37,821 bases of DNA from a virus (Duplodnaviria; Caudoviricetes): positions 1-37,821 of the IMG/VR virus record IMGVR_UViG_3300048848_000066, one strand, 5' to 3'. A model generated the notes under the pieces. That model did no database searches. It worked only from the letters and a program-made list of their open reading frames with translations, and had not been told where the DNA came from. Below, piece by piece: positions 25,232 through 34,968 of the stretch (position 1 is the stretch's first letter; every line of letters starts with the position of its first letter). Position numbers and translations under genes: made by a program.

Positions 25232-25747
25232 ATGGGCTGGCCCATCACCGCGTCCGACCTGAGAAACGAACTGCGGTACACGCCTGAGCAGGGCGACGCC
25301 GACGAACTCAACCTGTACGCGAAGGCTGCGAGCGAGCGAATCGAAACCGAGATCGGCAAGGTATCGGGCCAAGTTCTTCAGCGCGAGACCACCGGCCCCC
25401 GTGAGCTCGTGCGAATCTTCGACCGGGCCGAGTCCCTGGTCTCGATCACCGCCGACGGCGTAGCGCTCACCCTCTCGAAGTTCACGCTGTCGCCTGGCGG
25501 GCTCGTGCGCGGCCCGTTCCCCGCTGGCCTTCTCGTGGTGCGAGCTCTCGCACCGATCGACGACTCGGCGCTCGTGGTGCTCGCAGCTCGACGCCTTGCC
25601 GCGTTGTGGTGGAAGCAATCGAAGAACGGCAACGCGGGCCAGCCCGCTAGCCAAGACTCCGAGCCCGGCGCGCTCATGGGAATCGGCGTCCCTCGCGTTG
25701 TCGCGGCCATGCTCGCCGGTCGCTCCGATCTGCCCGGTATCGCGTGA
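25232..25747 (+). CDS. Head-to-tail adaptor (gp6-like)
   Basis: ITASDLRNEL...DELNLY..AASERIE...VLAARRLAALWW; position after the capsid gene. Confidence 0.72.
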   Translation: MGWPITASDLRNELRYTPEQGDADELNLYAKAASERIETEIGKVSGQVLQRETTGPRELVRIFDRAESLVSITADGVALTLSKFTLSPGGLVRGPFPAGLLVVRALAPIDDSALVVLAARRLAALWWKQSKNGNAGQPASQDSEPGALMGIGVPRVVAAMLAGRSDLPGIA

Positions 25748-26223
25748 GCGGTATCAGTTCGGCCACCGCGCAGGCGCAGACCTCGCTGGCCCTCTTCGAA
25801 GCAATCAAGGTCGCCCTAGCCGGTGAGCCTGACGTCGATATCGCCTTCGGCTTCAATTGGCCCCCGGTGAACTTCGACTGGGTGGCGGTGGTCGACACCG
25901 AATCGAGCATCGACCCGAAGAACATCGGCCCGGCTCGGCAGCTTGACGAGACCCTGACCGTAACGCTCAGCGTCGGTTCGTGGAACCCCGAGCTATCCGA
26001 CGAGCAGCGGCGCGTGACCTTCCTGCGCGCCTTCCACCTTCTGTCACTCATCCAAGACCACATCCGCCGAAATGACATCGAGCTCGGGGGCGTCGTCTTG
26101 TGGTGCGTCCCTGGCAGCTCGACCTCGGGCGGAGCGACGCCGGAAGAAAAGGCGGCGTTTGGCGAGTACACCGAGATCTCGGCGACCTTCGTCGCAAAAC
26201 ACCGCATCCGAACATTTCAATAA
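25744..26223 (+). CDS. Neck/tail terminator-like protein (putative)
   Basis: Position, size and alternating alpha/beta pattern. Confidence 0.55.
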   Translation: MSGISSATAQAQTSLALFEAIKVALAGEPDVDIAFGFNWPPVNFDWVAVVDTESSIDPKNIGPARQLDETLTVTLSVGSWNPELSDEQRRVTFLRAFHLLSLIQDHIRRNDIELGGVVLWCVPGSSTSGGATPEEKAAFGEYTEISATFVAKHRIRTFQ

Positions 26224-26234
26224 GGGAGGCAACT

Positions 26235-26522
26235 ATGCCGAAGTTCAAGAACATTTCACCGCTTGGCGCGCTCGATACGCCGGTCGCGGGCCGCGTGGTG
26301 GAGGCGGGCGAGATCATCGACCTGCCCGCAGACCGCGCGGTATTCGTCGCCGCGCAGGCCGACACGTGGGAGCCCGCCGACGACGAGGCGCGAGAGCTCG
26401 CCGACGCGGCCCTCGCGCCCCCGCCAGAGCCCGACGCCGCCGAGCCGGTCGCCGAGCCCGCCGCAACCAACCCGAGCGCCCCAGCGGGCGCGCAGGGCGA
26501 CGAGGACGGGGAGGTGGCCTAG
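26235..26522 (+). CDS. Small hypothetical virion-region protein
   Basis: GGGAGG Shine-Dalgarno; MPKFKNISPLG...VEAGEIIDLP. Confidence 0.65.
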   Translation: MPKFKNISPLGALDTPVAGRVVEAGEIIDLPADRAVFVAAQADTWEPADDEARELADAALAPPPEPDAAEPVAEPAATNPSAPAGAQGDEDGEVA

Positions 26523-27562
26523 TGGGAACGCAGGTCGATTTCAGTCTCGGCATGGCGGTCGAGACCGCTTACGGCGTCCCCGTCGTGGTGAGCCGGTTCT
26601 TCGAGTCCCCGGTTAAGTGGCAGTACAAGCCGGTCAAGGTGCAGGGCAAGGGCATGCGCCCGACGAAGGTGGTCGATCGGCTCAACCGGAACACCCTCGC
26701 CCGTATTGAGGTGACCGGCGAGCAGGAGGTCGAGATCGGAACCAAGGGCTTCGGCTTGCTTCTGCAGGCCGCTCTCGGATCGGTGACGAACACCCTCATC
26801 AAAGTCGGGCTCACCGCCTACCAGCAGGTTCACACCCTCACGCTCACAGACCCGGTGAATTCCTACACCGTCCAGGGCGTGCTCCCGTTCCTCGGCGGAG
26901 GCGCAGCGAACCCGCACACGTTCACCGGGTGCGTCGTGGACGGCATCACCCTCGAAGCCAAAGAGGGCGAGATCCTGACCGCCAAGCTCGACTGGCTGGG
27001 CCGCGACATGGTGACCAACATTGCCGCAGCCGCCGCGAGCTATCCGGTGAGCGAGCTGTTCACATTCGTGCACGGCACGATCTCGACGGGCACGATTACG
27101 CCACCGACCGCGACCTCTCTGGCATTCGCCGGGGTGACGATCGCGAACGTGTCGGAGTTCTCCCTGTCGATCAAGAACGGGCTCGACAAGGGCGGCTACA
27201 ACCTCGGCGGCGCTGGCAAGCGAACCCGCAAGAACGAGATCGGCCCGCGCAAGATCAGCGGCAAGATCAAGGCCGAGTACACCGACAACACCCTGCGCGA
27301 CGCCTACATCAACCAGACGCCGCTCGGGCTGGTGCTCACCTTCCAGTACACCGCAGGCGGAAGCCTCGGGACGGACGGGATCGGCGACCCGGTCTATCCG
27401 ACGCTCCAGATCGTGCTTCCCGCGATCCTGACCAAGGGCGACATTCCGGCGAGCGACGGCGGTTCGCCGATCTCGCTCGATATCGACTTCGACGCCTTCG
27501 ACAACGGAAGCGCCGCGCAGGCGATCTGGATTGTCTACCGCACCACGGACGTCACCCCCTAG
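26522..27562 (+). CDS. Major tail (tube) protein
   Basis: LGMAVETAYGVPV...SYTVQ...FTGCVVD...RKISGKIKAEY; 346 aa. Confidence 0.85.
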   Translation: MGTQVDFSLGMAVETAYGVPVVVSRFFESPVKWQYKPVKVQGKGMRPTKVVDRLNRNTLARIEVTGEQEVEIGTKGFGLLLQAALGSVTNTLIKVGLTAYQQVHTLTLTDPVNSYTVQGVLPFLGGGAANPHTFTGCVVDGITLEAKEGEILTAKLDWLGRDMVTNIAAAAASYPVSELFTFVHGTISTGTITPPTATSLAFAGVTIANVSEFSLSIKNGLDKGGYNLGGAGKRTRKNEIGPRKISGKIKAEYTDNTLRDAYINQTPLGLVLTFQYTAGGSLGTDGIGDPVYPTLQIVLPAILTKGDIPASDGGSPISLDIDFDAFDNGSAAQAIWIVYRTTDVTP

Positions 27563-28116
27563 TGGCCGAGCTGGTCAAGGTAGACGAGAAGAGTCTGCGC
27601 GATCAGCTCGCCTCGCTGAAAGAGTTCTCGCCGAAGCTCGCCACCGGGCTTCGGCGAGAGCTTCGCGGCGTCGGTGCCCCGATCATTGCGGCCCAGCGGG
27701 CAATCCTCGCGGGGCCGCTCCCGAAGGGCGTCCGCGTCGGCGGCTCTCGCGTCGCAATGCGACGGAACAAAAAGACCGGCGAGTGGGGAATGGTCGCCCG
27801 CAACATCTACCGCGACACCGAGACCGGCAGCGGGCGGCGTGGCGGAATGCGCGACGCGATCAGCGCCGGGCTCACAACGAACGTCAAGGCGGGCAAAAAG
27901 GGCATGCAAGGAATCGTCATCAAGACGACGAAATCCAAAGCCCCGACCTCCATTCTCTGGCAGGCCAAGCTGCTCCGACACAAGACGTTCGGGCGCGAGC
28001 CGTGGCAACTTCAGCGCGGCCAGCCGTACTTCTGGGAGCCCCTGAAGGCCGGGCACGCAGCCGCCGCGCTCGCCGCCGAGAAGGCACTAGACCAAGCACT
28101 TTCACAGATCAAATAG
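27562..28116 (+). CDS. HK97 gp10-like tail completion protein (putative)
   Basis: Basic protein; LRRELR...G.MRDAI...RH.TFGR..W..Q...PYF. Confidence 0.6.
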   Translation: MAELVKVDEKSLRDQLASLKEFSPKLATGLRRELRGVGAPIIAAQRAILAGPLPKGVRVGGSRVAMRRNKKTGEWGMVARNIYRDTETGSGRRGGMRDAISAGLTTNVKAGKKGMQGIVIKTTKSKAPTSILWQAKLLRHKTFGREPWQLQRGQPYFWEPLKAGHAAAALAAEKALDQALSQIK

Positions 28117-28131
28117 CAGAGGAGAACGCGA

Positions 28132-28500
28132 ATGGCGAAACTCAGAATCAATGGCCGCGAGCTGCTCGTGAAGCCGATCAATCAGGCGCGTAACCGTGAC
28201 CTGATCGAGCTTCAGGTGCAGTCGGGGCTGAAGTCGAAAGAGATACAGGAGCGGGCCGGGGCGTCGGAGTTCTTCGCGCAGGTCATCCTGTCTTTCCTCA
28301 CTCAGCACAACGCCGGGTTTCGGGTCAAGTACGACGACCTGCTCGACGGCAGTCTCGCGGATCTCGGCGAGCTCATCATCGAACCGGGCGACCCCGGGCA
28401 GGAAGCCGAGGCCGAGGCAGAGGCAAACCCTACGCAGGCGGCTTCGGGAACACCCGAGGCAAGCACGCCGCAGGATCTCGGCGAGCTGATCCCCGAGTAG
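28132..28500 (+). CDS. Tail assembly chaperone (gpG-like)
   Basis: GAGGAG Shine-Dalgarno; lies before the tape measure; contains slippery A AAC CCT. Confidence 0.75.
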   Translation: MAKLRINGRELLVKPINQARNRDLIELQVQSGLKSKEIQERAGASEFFAQVILSFLTQHNAGFRVKYDDLLDGSLADLGELIIEPGDPGQEAEAEAEANPTQAASGTPEASTPQDLGELIPE

Positions 28501-28703
28501 ACCGCCTCTACGAGCGCGAGCCGCTGATCGAAGGGCAGATCCGCAAGCGGTTTGTGCAGATCGCGCGGGCCGACTTCTGGCCGGGTATGACGTTCGCGCA
28601 ACTACTCGACATGCCCCACGACCTGTGGCTCGGCATGGTCCTCACCTGTGACGAGCAGGTCGATCGAATACGGGCGGCAAACGCCAAGAGGGGGCACGAG
28701 TAA
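28425..28703 (+). CDS. -1 frameshift extension of the tail assembly chaperone (gpGT-like)
   Basis: The -1 frame is open from AAACCCT (28425-28431) to TAA at 28701-28703: KPYAGGFG...FWPGMTFAQLLDMPHDLWL... Confidence 0.7.
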   Translation, partial: KPYAGGFGNTRGKHAAGSRRADPRVDRLYEREPLIEGQIRKRFVQIARADFWPGMTFAQLLDMPHDLWLGMVLTCDEQVDRIRAANAKRGHE

Positions 28704-30634
28704 TGGCGAGCGCCAAAGACTTCATAGTCAATCTGATCGGCAATAGCGAGAGCGTCGACAAGGTCTTCGACGGCGTGGAGAAGCACGCGCTGAAGATCTC
28801 GGCGGGAGTAGCTGCGGCCTGGGCCGGGGCCAAGATTGGCGAGGCCTTCTCCAAGGGCATGGACGTCGAATCGGCACAGGTCAAGATGACCGCGCAACTC
28901 GGGCTCATGCCCGAAGAGGCCGAGCGAATCGGCGCAGCCTCGGGCGCGCTGTTCGCCGACAACATGGGCGACAGTCTCGCCGAGGTCAACGGGGCAGTCA
29001 CCGCCGTAATCGGGTCGTTCGACGGAATGCGGGAGGCCTCGCAGGCCGACCTCGAGACCATGACCGGCAAGGCGCTGACCTTCGCCTCGGTCTTCGACGT
29101 CGAGGTGTCTCGTGCCGCGCAGGTGGCCGGGCAAATGATCACGCAGGGTATCGCCGTAGACGGGGCGGAAGCCTTCGACTTGCTCACCGCGTCTATGCAG
29201 AAGATGCCCCCCGCGCTGCGCGAGGATCTGCTCGACGCCACCGACGAGTACGGGCAATTCTTTGCCACGCTCGGTTTCTCGGGCGAAAAGGCAATGGGCC
29301 TGATTGTGTCATCGAGCGCCAAGGGCATGTTCGGGATCGACAAGACCGGCGACGCGCTCAAAGAATTCATCATCCGCAGCACCGACATGAGCACGACGTC
29401 GGTCGCGGCGTATGACGCCCTAGGCCTGTCTGCGGGCGATATGTCCAACCGCATCCTCGCGGGCGGCGAGTCGGCGTCTGGCGCTTTTGACGAGATCGTT
29501 TCGGGCCTACTCGCGATCGAGGATCCGGCCACCCGAGCGAATACCGCGATCGCGCTTTTCGGTACTCCGATTGAGGATCTAGGCGTCACCGACATTCCCC
29601 AATTCCTCACCTCGCTACAGGCAACGAGTGGTGAGCTCGGCACGGTCAAGGGCGCGACGGACGAAATGTCCGACGCCATGGGTTCGACCATGGAGAGCAT
29701 GGTCAAGGCCAAGAAGAACGGCCTCGATATGTGGGTGGCCGGGCTGGCGGAAGCGCCCGCCCCGCTCGCCGACACCGTGTCATCCCTGATCGCGTTCGGC
29801 CCCGCAGCGCTCGAAGTGCTCGGAGCCGTCGGCCCCATGGTCGCCATGACCGGCGCGCGGATCGCGCAGAGCGCAGCGACGGCGGCGGGCACAGCGGCAA
29901 ACGTTCCTTTCGCCGCTTCCATGTGGGCCGCAACCTGGCCGATACTCGCCATCATTGCCGCGCTCGCGCTGATCGCTCTCGGCGTGTGGCTTCTCATCGA
30001 CAACTGGGATGCCGTGGCGAAGTGGACGGGCGAAGCGCTGCACAACATCTGGGTAGCGGTGACCGGGTTCTTCGGCATGATCGGCGACGCCTTCTCGAAC
30101 TTCCAGCCCCTCGGACTCATCATTTCGAACTGGGGGCCGATCTCGGAATGGATCGGCGGATTCTTCGGCGGCATCGGCGGGCTGATCGGTGACAGCGCGA
30201 ACTGGATCGGCGCGAAGGTCGGCGAGATCGTGGGGTTCTTTACCTCGATCCCCGATCGCGTCGGGCAGGCCTGGGCGAACATGGGCGACCTAGTGAAAAC
30301 CACCATGTGGAACGTTACGAGCTTCGCGGTTGACGCCTGGAATAACACCCTCGGGCAGATCAACATGACCCTGCCGGGCTGGCTCGGCGGCGCTCATATC
30401 CAATTCCCCCACCTGACCATGCCCGCGCTAGCCGCTGGCGGCGTCGTGACGGGGCCAACCGTGGCGCTCATCGGCGAGGCCGGTGCGGAGGCCGTGGTGC
30501 CCCTCGACAGAGCGGGCGAGTTCGGGTTCGGCGACGGCGGGGGATCCCGCTTTGTCGATGTCCCGGTCGAGGTCTATCTCGACGGCAAGGTGCTCTATCG
30601 AGCATTCAAACGAATTGAACTAAGGGAGGGCTAA
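28703..30634 (+). CDS. Tape measure protein (643 aa)
   Basis: PhageMin_Tail-like core (DLLDATDEYGQFF..LG...DKTGDALKEF), Trp-periodic repeats, AAGGVVTGPTVALIGEAGAEAVVPL. Confidence 0.92.
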   Translation: MASAKDFIVNLIGNSESVDKVFDGVEKHALKISAGVAAAWAGAKIGEAFSKGMDVESAQVKMTAQLGLMPEEAERIGAASGALFADNMGDSLAEVNGAVTAVIGSFDGMREASQADLETMTGKALTFASVFDVEVSRAAQVAGQMITQGIAVDGAEAFDLLTASMQKMPPALREDLLDATDEYGQFFATLGFSGEKAMGLIVSSSAKGMFGIDKTGDALKEFIIRSTDMSTTSVAAYDALGLSAGDMSNRILAGGESASGAFDEIVSGLLAIEDPATRANTAIALFGTPIEDLGVTDIPQFLTSLQATSGELGTVKGATDEMSDAMGSTMESMVKAKKNGLDMWVAGLAEAPAPLADTVSSLIAFGPAALEVLGAVGPMVAMTGARIAQSAATAAGTAANVPFAASMWAATWPILAIIAALALIALGVWLLIDNWDAVAKWTGEALHNIWVAVTGFFGMIGDAFSNFQPLGLIISNWGPISEWIGGFFGGIGGLIGDSANWIGAKVGEIVGFFTSIPDRVGQAWANMGDLVKTTMWNVTSFAVDAWNNTLGQINMTLPGWLGGAHIQFPHLTMPALAAGGVVTGPTVALIGEAGAEAVVPLDRAGEFGFGDGGGSRFVDVPVEVYLDGKVLYRAFKRIELREG

Positions 30635-33418
30635 ATGCTCACAGGGCCAACCGGATTTGATGCCGCTCTCGCAGCTCGGGAGAACCTGACAGTACAGGCG
30701 GCGGTCGCTCTGCCGAACGGCGGCGGGGTGAAAGACCTCGCCGCCGTCAACGGCATCGGCAAGAGCCTGACCATTCGGCGAGATCTCAGCGGGGATCTGC
30801 CGAACGCCGCAACGCTGATCGAAGGGTCAACGGCGGCATCGGTCGAGATCGACGGCGACGGGCGCGTGAAGGGCGCACCCCACCCGCTGCGCGCCGGGGA
30901 TGCCGAAGCCTGGCTGAACGCCCCGGTCGAGATCCTGGCGGGCTATGACGGCCTGCGAGTGCCCGTGTTCACGGGCACCATGCGCGAGTTCGGCTTCTCG
31001 CACGGTGCCCGCTCTCTCAGCCTCACGGCTCGCGACGGTGCCGACGTAATGAAAGCCCCTATCTCGATCCCGTGGCAAGGTTCGCAACGGACCCGCACGG
31101 GTGACGGCGCGCCCCGCTGGCACCCGATCAACACCGCCGCCGTAATCACCCACGTTCTCCACAAGAACAACATCCGAATGACCCCGCGACCCCGCGAGGG
31201 CTGCATCGTGAGCGTGCCCGGCGTCGGCGGATATATCGCCGATATCGGGTGGGTCGGCGTCTTCGGCGGGAGCGCTCCGACCGATTGGCTTACCTCGGGC
31301 AAGTTCGGCCCAACCCCCACGGTCGGGGGCGAGAGCGTCGTCGCCTTCCCCTCGAAAGCGACCTGGGCGGGATCCTCGCGCCGAATGCAGGTCGAGTTCT
31401 TTTTCGAGCATGTGAGCGGGCGAGCGCGCCCGAACCTTCTCCGAGTCAGTACCGCAGGGACAGGCACCGGAAGCGGAAGCCTTTGGTTCGAGGTCGCCAA
31501 CAATGAGATGACGGCCTACGTCGGAACCGGGGGGCAGGCGGTCGCCATGCCCGCGCAGCCCCTCGCGGCAGGCTGGCACCACGTCGTACTGAGCCAAGAG
31601 GTCACCGGCTCGGTTGTTTGGGGCAACACGGACGCTACGGTCGACGGCGTTCGCGTGGTCACCAATCGCAAACCAACGGGCACCCCCGGGCAGCTCTCGG
31701 CGGGCTACGTCGATAAGGTCACCTTCTCGCCCGGTGGTCTTCAGGCGATCAACGTCTACGTTTACGACTCATCCACGACGCCCTACGTGTTCGAAGCGCT
31801 CGCCGATATGAGCTTCAAACCCGAGGCCGACGTCGATCGCGGAAAGCTCGACCTGACCGGAATGCCCGAGATCGAGGGCCGTGAATCGTGGGCGCTGCTC
31901 CGAGAGATCGCGGACGCCGAATTCGGAATGGTCGGATTCGGCGAGGCAGGCCGGTTCTTTTTCAAGAACCGAGACACCCTGAACGCCGCGACAACCCCGG
32001 TCGCCGAGTGGGGCGTGGATCTGCTCGAAACACTCGACGGCTCGGTCGCCGTCGATAGCGTGCGAACCCGGGTCACCGCCCGAGTTCCCGAGCGCATAGC
32101 CGTCTGGTCTGGGCGAGGGGCCGAGACCGAAGCGAGCACGGCCATACCGTCGATAATCGCCGATCGGGTCTACGAGCTGAAGACCGGGGTGAACACGATC
32201 GTCCTGACGGGCTCGACCCCGTTCCTGCCCGAGTCGGGGAAGGCCTGGTTTCCGAGCTCGGCGGGGCAAGCCTGGGACTTGCCTGTCGGGTTGGTTATGT
32301 GTGCAGACTCGGGCGGCAACACCTGGTCCGACTGGGGCATAAACGACTGGGCTCGCGTTCGCATGATCGGCCCCTCGACCATGGAACTCACGGTGAACAA
32401 CGGGTCGGGTACTCGCTATCTCTGCTGGCCCGCCGCCTGGGTTTCGGCGTCGACGCCGTTCGGGTTCACCAAGGGATCGCCCGCAATCTGGGTGAACGGC
32501 TACAGCCTGCCCGACGCCGACAAAACGCGAACCGTCGTGGTGGATGAGACCAACCCCGCCGCCGCTGCGCTCTGGGGCGATCGCGTTTGGGATATGGGGG
32601 AGAACGTCTGGCGGCAGAACGCCGCCTCCGTGCGAGCCCTGGCCCAAAGCCTGCTCGCCGGAATGTCTACCCCGAGGGCCGAGCTCTCGAGCGTCACTCT
32701 GCCTGCGGATCCTCGCTGGCAGATCGGCGACCCGGTAAGGCTCACCGACTGGGAAGGGCGCCTGCCGAGCATCATGGCCCGCATCACTTCGATCGAGCTC
32801 ACGATCTCGCCCGAGGTAGAGGGCGGCATGGTCGGGGTCTACGGGCTGCGCCAAATGATCCCGACGACTGAGCACCCGACTGTGGTTTCGAGCTCACCGA
32901 GTCAGACCGTCACCCTCGGCTCGACGGTAACCTTCGACGCCGTAGTCACGGGAGGGCCGACCCCCACCCTCCAGTGGACGGTCAACCACGTCGATATACC
33001 GGGCGCGACCATGCTGCGGTACAGCTTTACGCCGACCCTGGCCGACTCGGGAAAGATCTACAGGCTGGTCGCTCGGAACGCTTCGGGCCGGGTCGAGTCG
33101 GTCGGTGCGTTTCTCACCGTCACCTCGAGCGAGGGTTCCCTGCCCAAGGTGCTCTCACAGACCGGGCCGACCATGAGCTACCCCGGTTCGTCGGTCGATC
33201 TCGTGAGCTCGGCGGCGGGCCTACCCGACCCGACGGTCCAGTGGCAGCGCAGCGCGAACGGCTCGACGGGCTGGGCGGACGTGCCCTCGGGTACGAATCC
33301 GGCGCTGAGAGTCGCGAATGAATACAACGACGCCACGGTGTACTTCCGGGCGGTCTGGTCGAACGAGCACGGCTCGGCCACCACCGGCAACTACGGCGTG
33401 TTCTTCGGAAGCGACTAA
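30635..33418 (+). CDS. Large tail-tip/minor tail protein with a LamG-like insert and two C-terminal Ig-like domains
   Basis: PVFTG hub-like N-terminus, GWHHVV, DPRWQIGDPV, then VTFDAVVTGGPTPTLQW...DSGKIYRLVARNASG and GLPDPTVQWQRS...YFRAVWSN. Confidence 0.8.
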   Translation: MLTGPTGFDAALAARENLTVQAAVALPNGGGVKDLAAVNGIGKSLTIRRDLSGDLPNAATLIEGSTAASVEIDGDGRVKGAPHPLRAGDAEAWLNAPVEILAGYDGLRVPVFTGTMREFGFSHGARSLSLTARDGADVMKAPISIPWQGSQRTRTGDGAPRWHPINTAAVITHVLHKNNIRMTPRPREGCIVSVPGVGGYIADIGWVGVFGGSAPTDWLTSGKFGPTPTVGGESVVAFPSKATWAGSSRRMQVEFFFEHVSGRARPNLLRVSTAGTGTGSGSLWFEVANNEMTAYVGTGGQAVAMPAQPLAAGWHHVVLSQEVTGSVVWGNTDATVDGVRVVTNRKPTGTPGQLSAGYVDKVTFSPGGLQAINVYVYDSSTTPYVFEALADMSFKPEADVDRGKLDLTGMPEIEGRESWALLREIADAEFGMVGFGEAGRFFFKNRDTLNAATTPVAEWGVDLLETLDGSVAVDSVRTRVTARVPERIAVWSGRGAETEASTAIPSIIADRVYELKTGVNTIVLTGSTPFLPESGKAWFPSSAGQAWDLPVGLVMCADSGGNTWSDWGINDWARVRMIGPSTMELTVNNGSGTRYLCWPAAWVSASTPFGFTKGSPAIWVNGYSLPDADKTRTVVVDETNPAAAALWGDRVWDMGENVWRQNAASVRALAQSLLAGMSTPRAELSSVTLPADPRWQIGDPVRLTDWEGRLPSIMARITSIELTISPEVEGGMVGVYGLRQMIPTTEHPTVVSSSPSQTVTLGSTVTFDAVVTGGPTPTLQWTVNHVDIPGATMLRYSFTPTLADSGKIYRLVARNASGRVESVGAFLTVTSSEGSLPKVLSQTGPTMSYPGSSVDLVSSAAGLPDPTVQWQRSANGSTGWADVPSGTNPALRVANEYNDATVYFRAVWSNEHGSATTGNYGVFFGSD

Positions 33419-33427
33419 GGGGGATCA

Positions 33428-33859
33428 GTGATCGAGTTCATAACCTCGGCGGCGGGCGACGCCACGCTCGGCGAATTCTTCGCATGGCTCGCCGCCGTCG
33501 GCGCTGCGGTGTTCGGCGTCTGGAAGGCCTGGCCCATCTTCCGCCGAACGGTCAGCGGGCTATCCAAGGCGATCAAGCTCGCCGACACCCTCGTGACCCT
33601 GCCCGCCGATATCGCGTTCATTCGCGGGCAGCTCGACACCAACCACGGCGGTTCGGTGAAAGACGCGACGATCCGAACCGAGGCGGCGGTCGCCGAGCTC
33701 ACCGCGAAATTCTCCGGGCTCGAAACGACGGTCGCTTCGATCGACGCTCGGACGGTCGCCGTAGAGAAGCAGGGCCGATCGCTGAAGGCCTCGGTCTACA
33801 ACACCAACCGGAAGCTTGACGCCCGCACCAAAACCACTACGACTCAACCGAGTTCGTAG
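33428..33859 (+). CDS. Membrane protein with coiled coil (holin-associated lysis protein)
   Basis: One N-terminal transmembrane segment, NHGGSVKD motif, coiled coil. Confidence 0.65.
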   Translation: MIEFITSAAGDATLGEFFAWLAAVGAAVFGVWKAWPIFRRTVSGLSKAIKLADTLVTLPADIAFIRGQLDTNHGGSVKDATIRTEAAVAELTAKFSGLETTVASIDARTVAVEKQGRSLKASVYNTNRKLDARTKTTTTQPSS

Positions 33860-33884
33860 CCGCACAAAACGAAGGAGATCCAAT

Positions 33885-34139
33885 ATGTCCAATCTGATCA
33901 TTGCGACCATTCGCACGCTCGTGCCCTACGCCGTCGGCCTGGTGCTCGCGCTCGTGGCCCGAGTCATTCCGCTCGACCTTCCTGCGGGAACGATCGAGGG
34001 CGCAACGGGCGAGCTCGTGCTGCTCATCGGCTCGCTGTACTACATCGGGGTGGCGTGGCTCGAGCGCAAGTTCCCCTGGTTCGGCTGGCTGCTCGGCGTG
34101 GCCCGCAATCCGATCTACGAGCCGAAGCACAGCAAGTAG
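33885..34139 (+). CDS. Holin (putative)
   Basis: AAGGAG Shine-Dalgarno; IRTLVPYAVG...YY....WLERKFPWFGWLLG; two hydrophobic segments. Confidence 0.72.
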   Translation: MSNLIIATIRTLVPYAVGLVLALVARVIPLDLPAGTIEGATGELVLLIGSLYYIGVAWLERKFPWFGWLLGVARNPIYEPKHSK

Positions 34140-34151
34140 CCACACCCTTTC

Positions 34152-34187
34152 GACGGCCCCGCCCAGGTAACTGGTCGGGGCCGTCTT
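34152..34187 (+). terminator. Hairpin after the holin
   Basis: gacggccccg-c-ccag-gtaa-ctgg-t-cggggccgtc. Confidence 0.5.
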
Positions 34188-34203
34188 ACCCGTAGGAGGC
34201 AGC

Positions 34204-34959
34204 ATGACCGACGTAGTTTTTCAGTACAGCAACCCGAGCCCGACCGGCGAAGACGTGCCCGCCGCAGGGTGGATTGAGTGCTCGCTCGCCGTGCTCGAAC
34301 CCACCGCGGAGTCGGTGCGATCGATCGAGCGCTTCGCCGTCGATATCGTGGCTGGGCTGGCGATCGCGGCATGCTCTCCGACGCCGCTTGGGCAGGCGTG
34401 GAAGTTCACCGTCCACGGTGTGGCCGGGGTGGGGGATCTCTGCAAGTCGGTGCCCGTGAGCTCGGCCCCCGTGCGCGTGACCGACCTCCCGGATATCGAC
34501 CCCGACACCCTGATCGTTACGCCGACCAATCAGGCGGCCTGGCAGGGCGTGCTCGATCTGATCGAGGCCGGGGGCGGTGGCGAAGGCGGCGGCGGCGGCG
34601 GGGCTGGCCTGACCGTGAGCCCGACGGATCCGCGCCTCTACGTGCTGACCGGTGCAGGCGCGCCGACAATCCCGCCGACAAACACCGCGCCCGTAATCAC
34701 CCTGCAGCCGGTGAGCCATTCGAGCACTCAGGGCGACGCGAGTTTCACGCTCACCGCAGCGGCCACCGGCACCCCTACTCCCACCGTGGTCTGGGACAAG
34801 AGCCTCGACTACGGGGCGACCTGGACGGCCACGAGCAGAACCACCCCGAGCATCACGGTGGACGTCAACTTCCAGAACACGCGCTACCGGGCGCGCTTTA
34901 CCAACTCGGTAGGCACCACCACAACCGAGGTCGTCGGTATCGACTTCATGAGCGACTAG
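34204..34959 (+). CDS. Minor tail/fibre-type protein with a C-terminal Ig-like domain
   Basis: AGGAGG Shine-Dalgarno; VP.S...V.VTDLPDIDPDTL anchor-like motif; Gly hinge; APVITLQP...ATGTPTPTVVW...YRARFTNSVG. Confidence 0.7.
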   Translation: MTDVVFQYSNPSPTGEDVPAAGWIECSLAVLEPTAESVRSIERFAVDIVAGLAIAACSPTPLGQAWKFTVHGVAGVGDLCKSVPVSSAPVRVTDLPDIDPDTLIVTPTNQAAWQGVLDLIEAGGGGEGGGGGGAGLTVSPTDPRLYVLTGAGAPTIPPTNTAPVITLQPVSHSSTQGDASFTLTAAATGTPTPTVVWDKSLDYGATWTATSRTTPSITVDVNFQNTRYRARFTNSVGTTTTEVVGIDFMSD

Positions 34960-34968
34960 GCGGGCAGC

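Noticed and set aside
28642-30366. 574-aa minus-strand ORF, and similar long antisense ORFs such as 7300-8565, 9265-10146 and 31769-32875
   Set aside because: Shadows of well-supported plus-strand genes in GC-rich DNA
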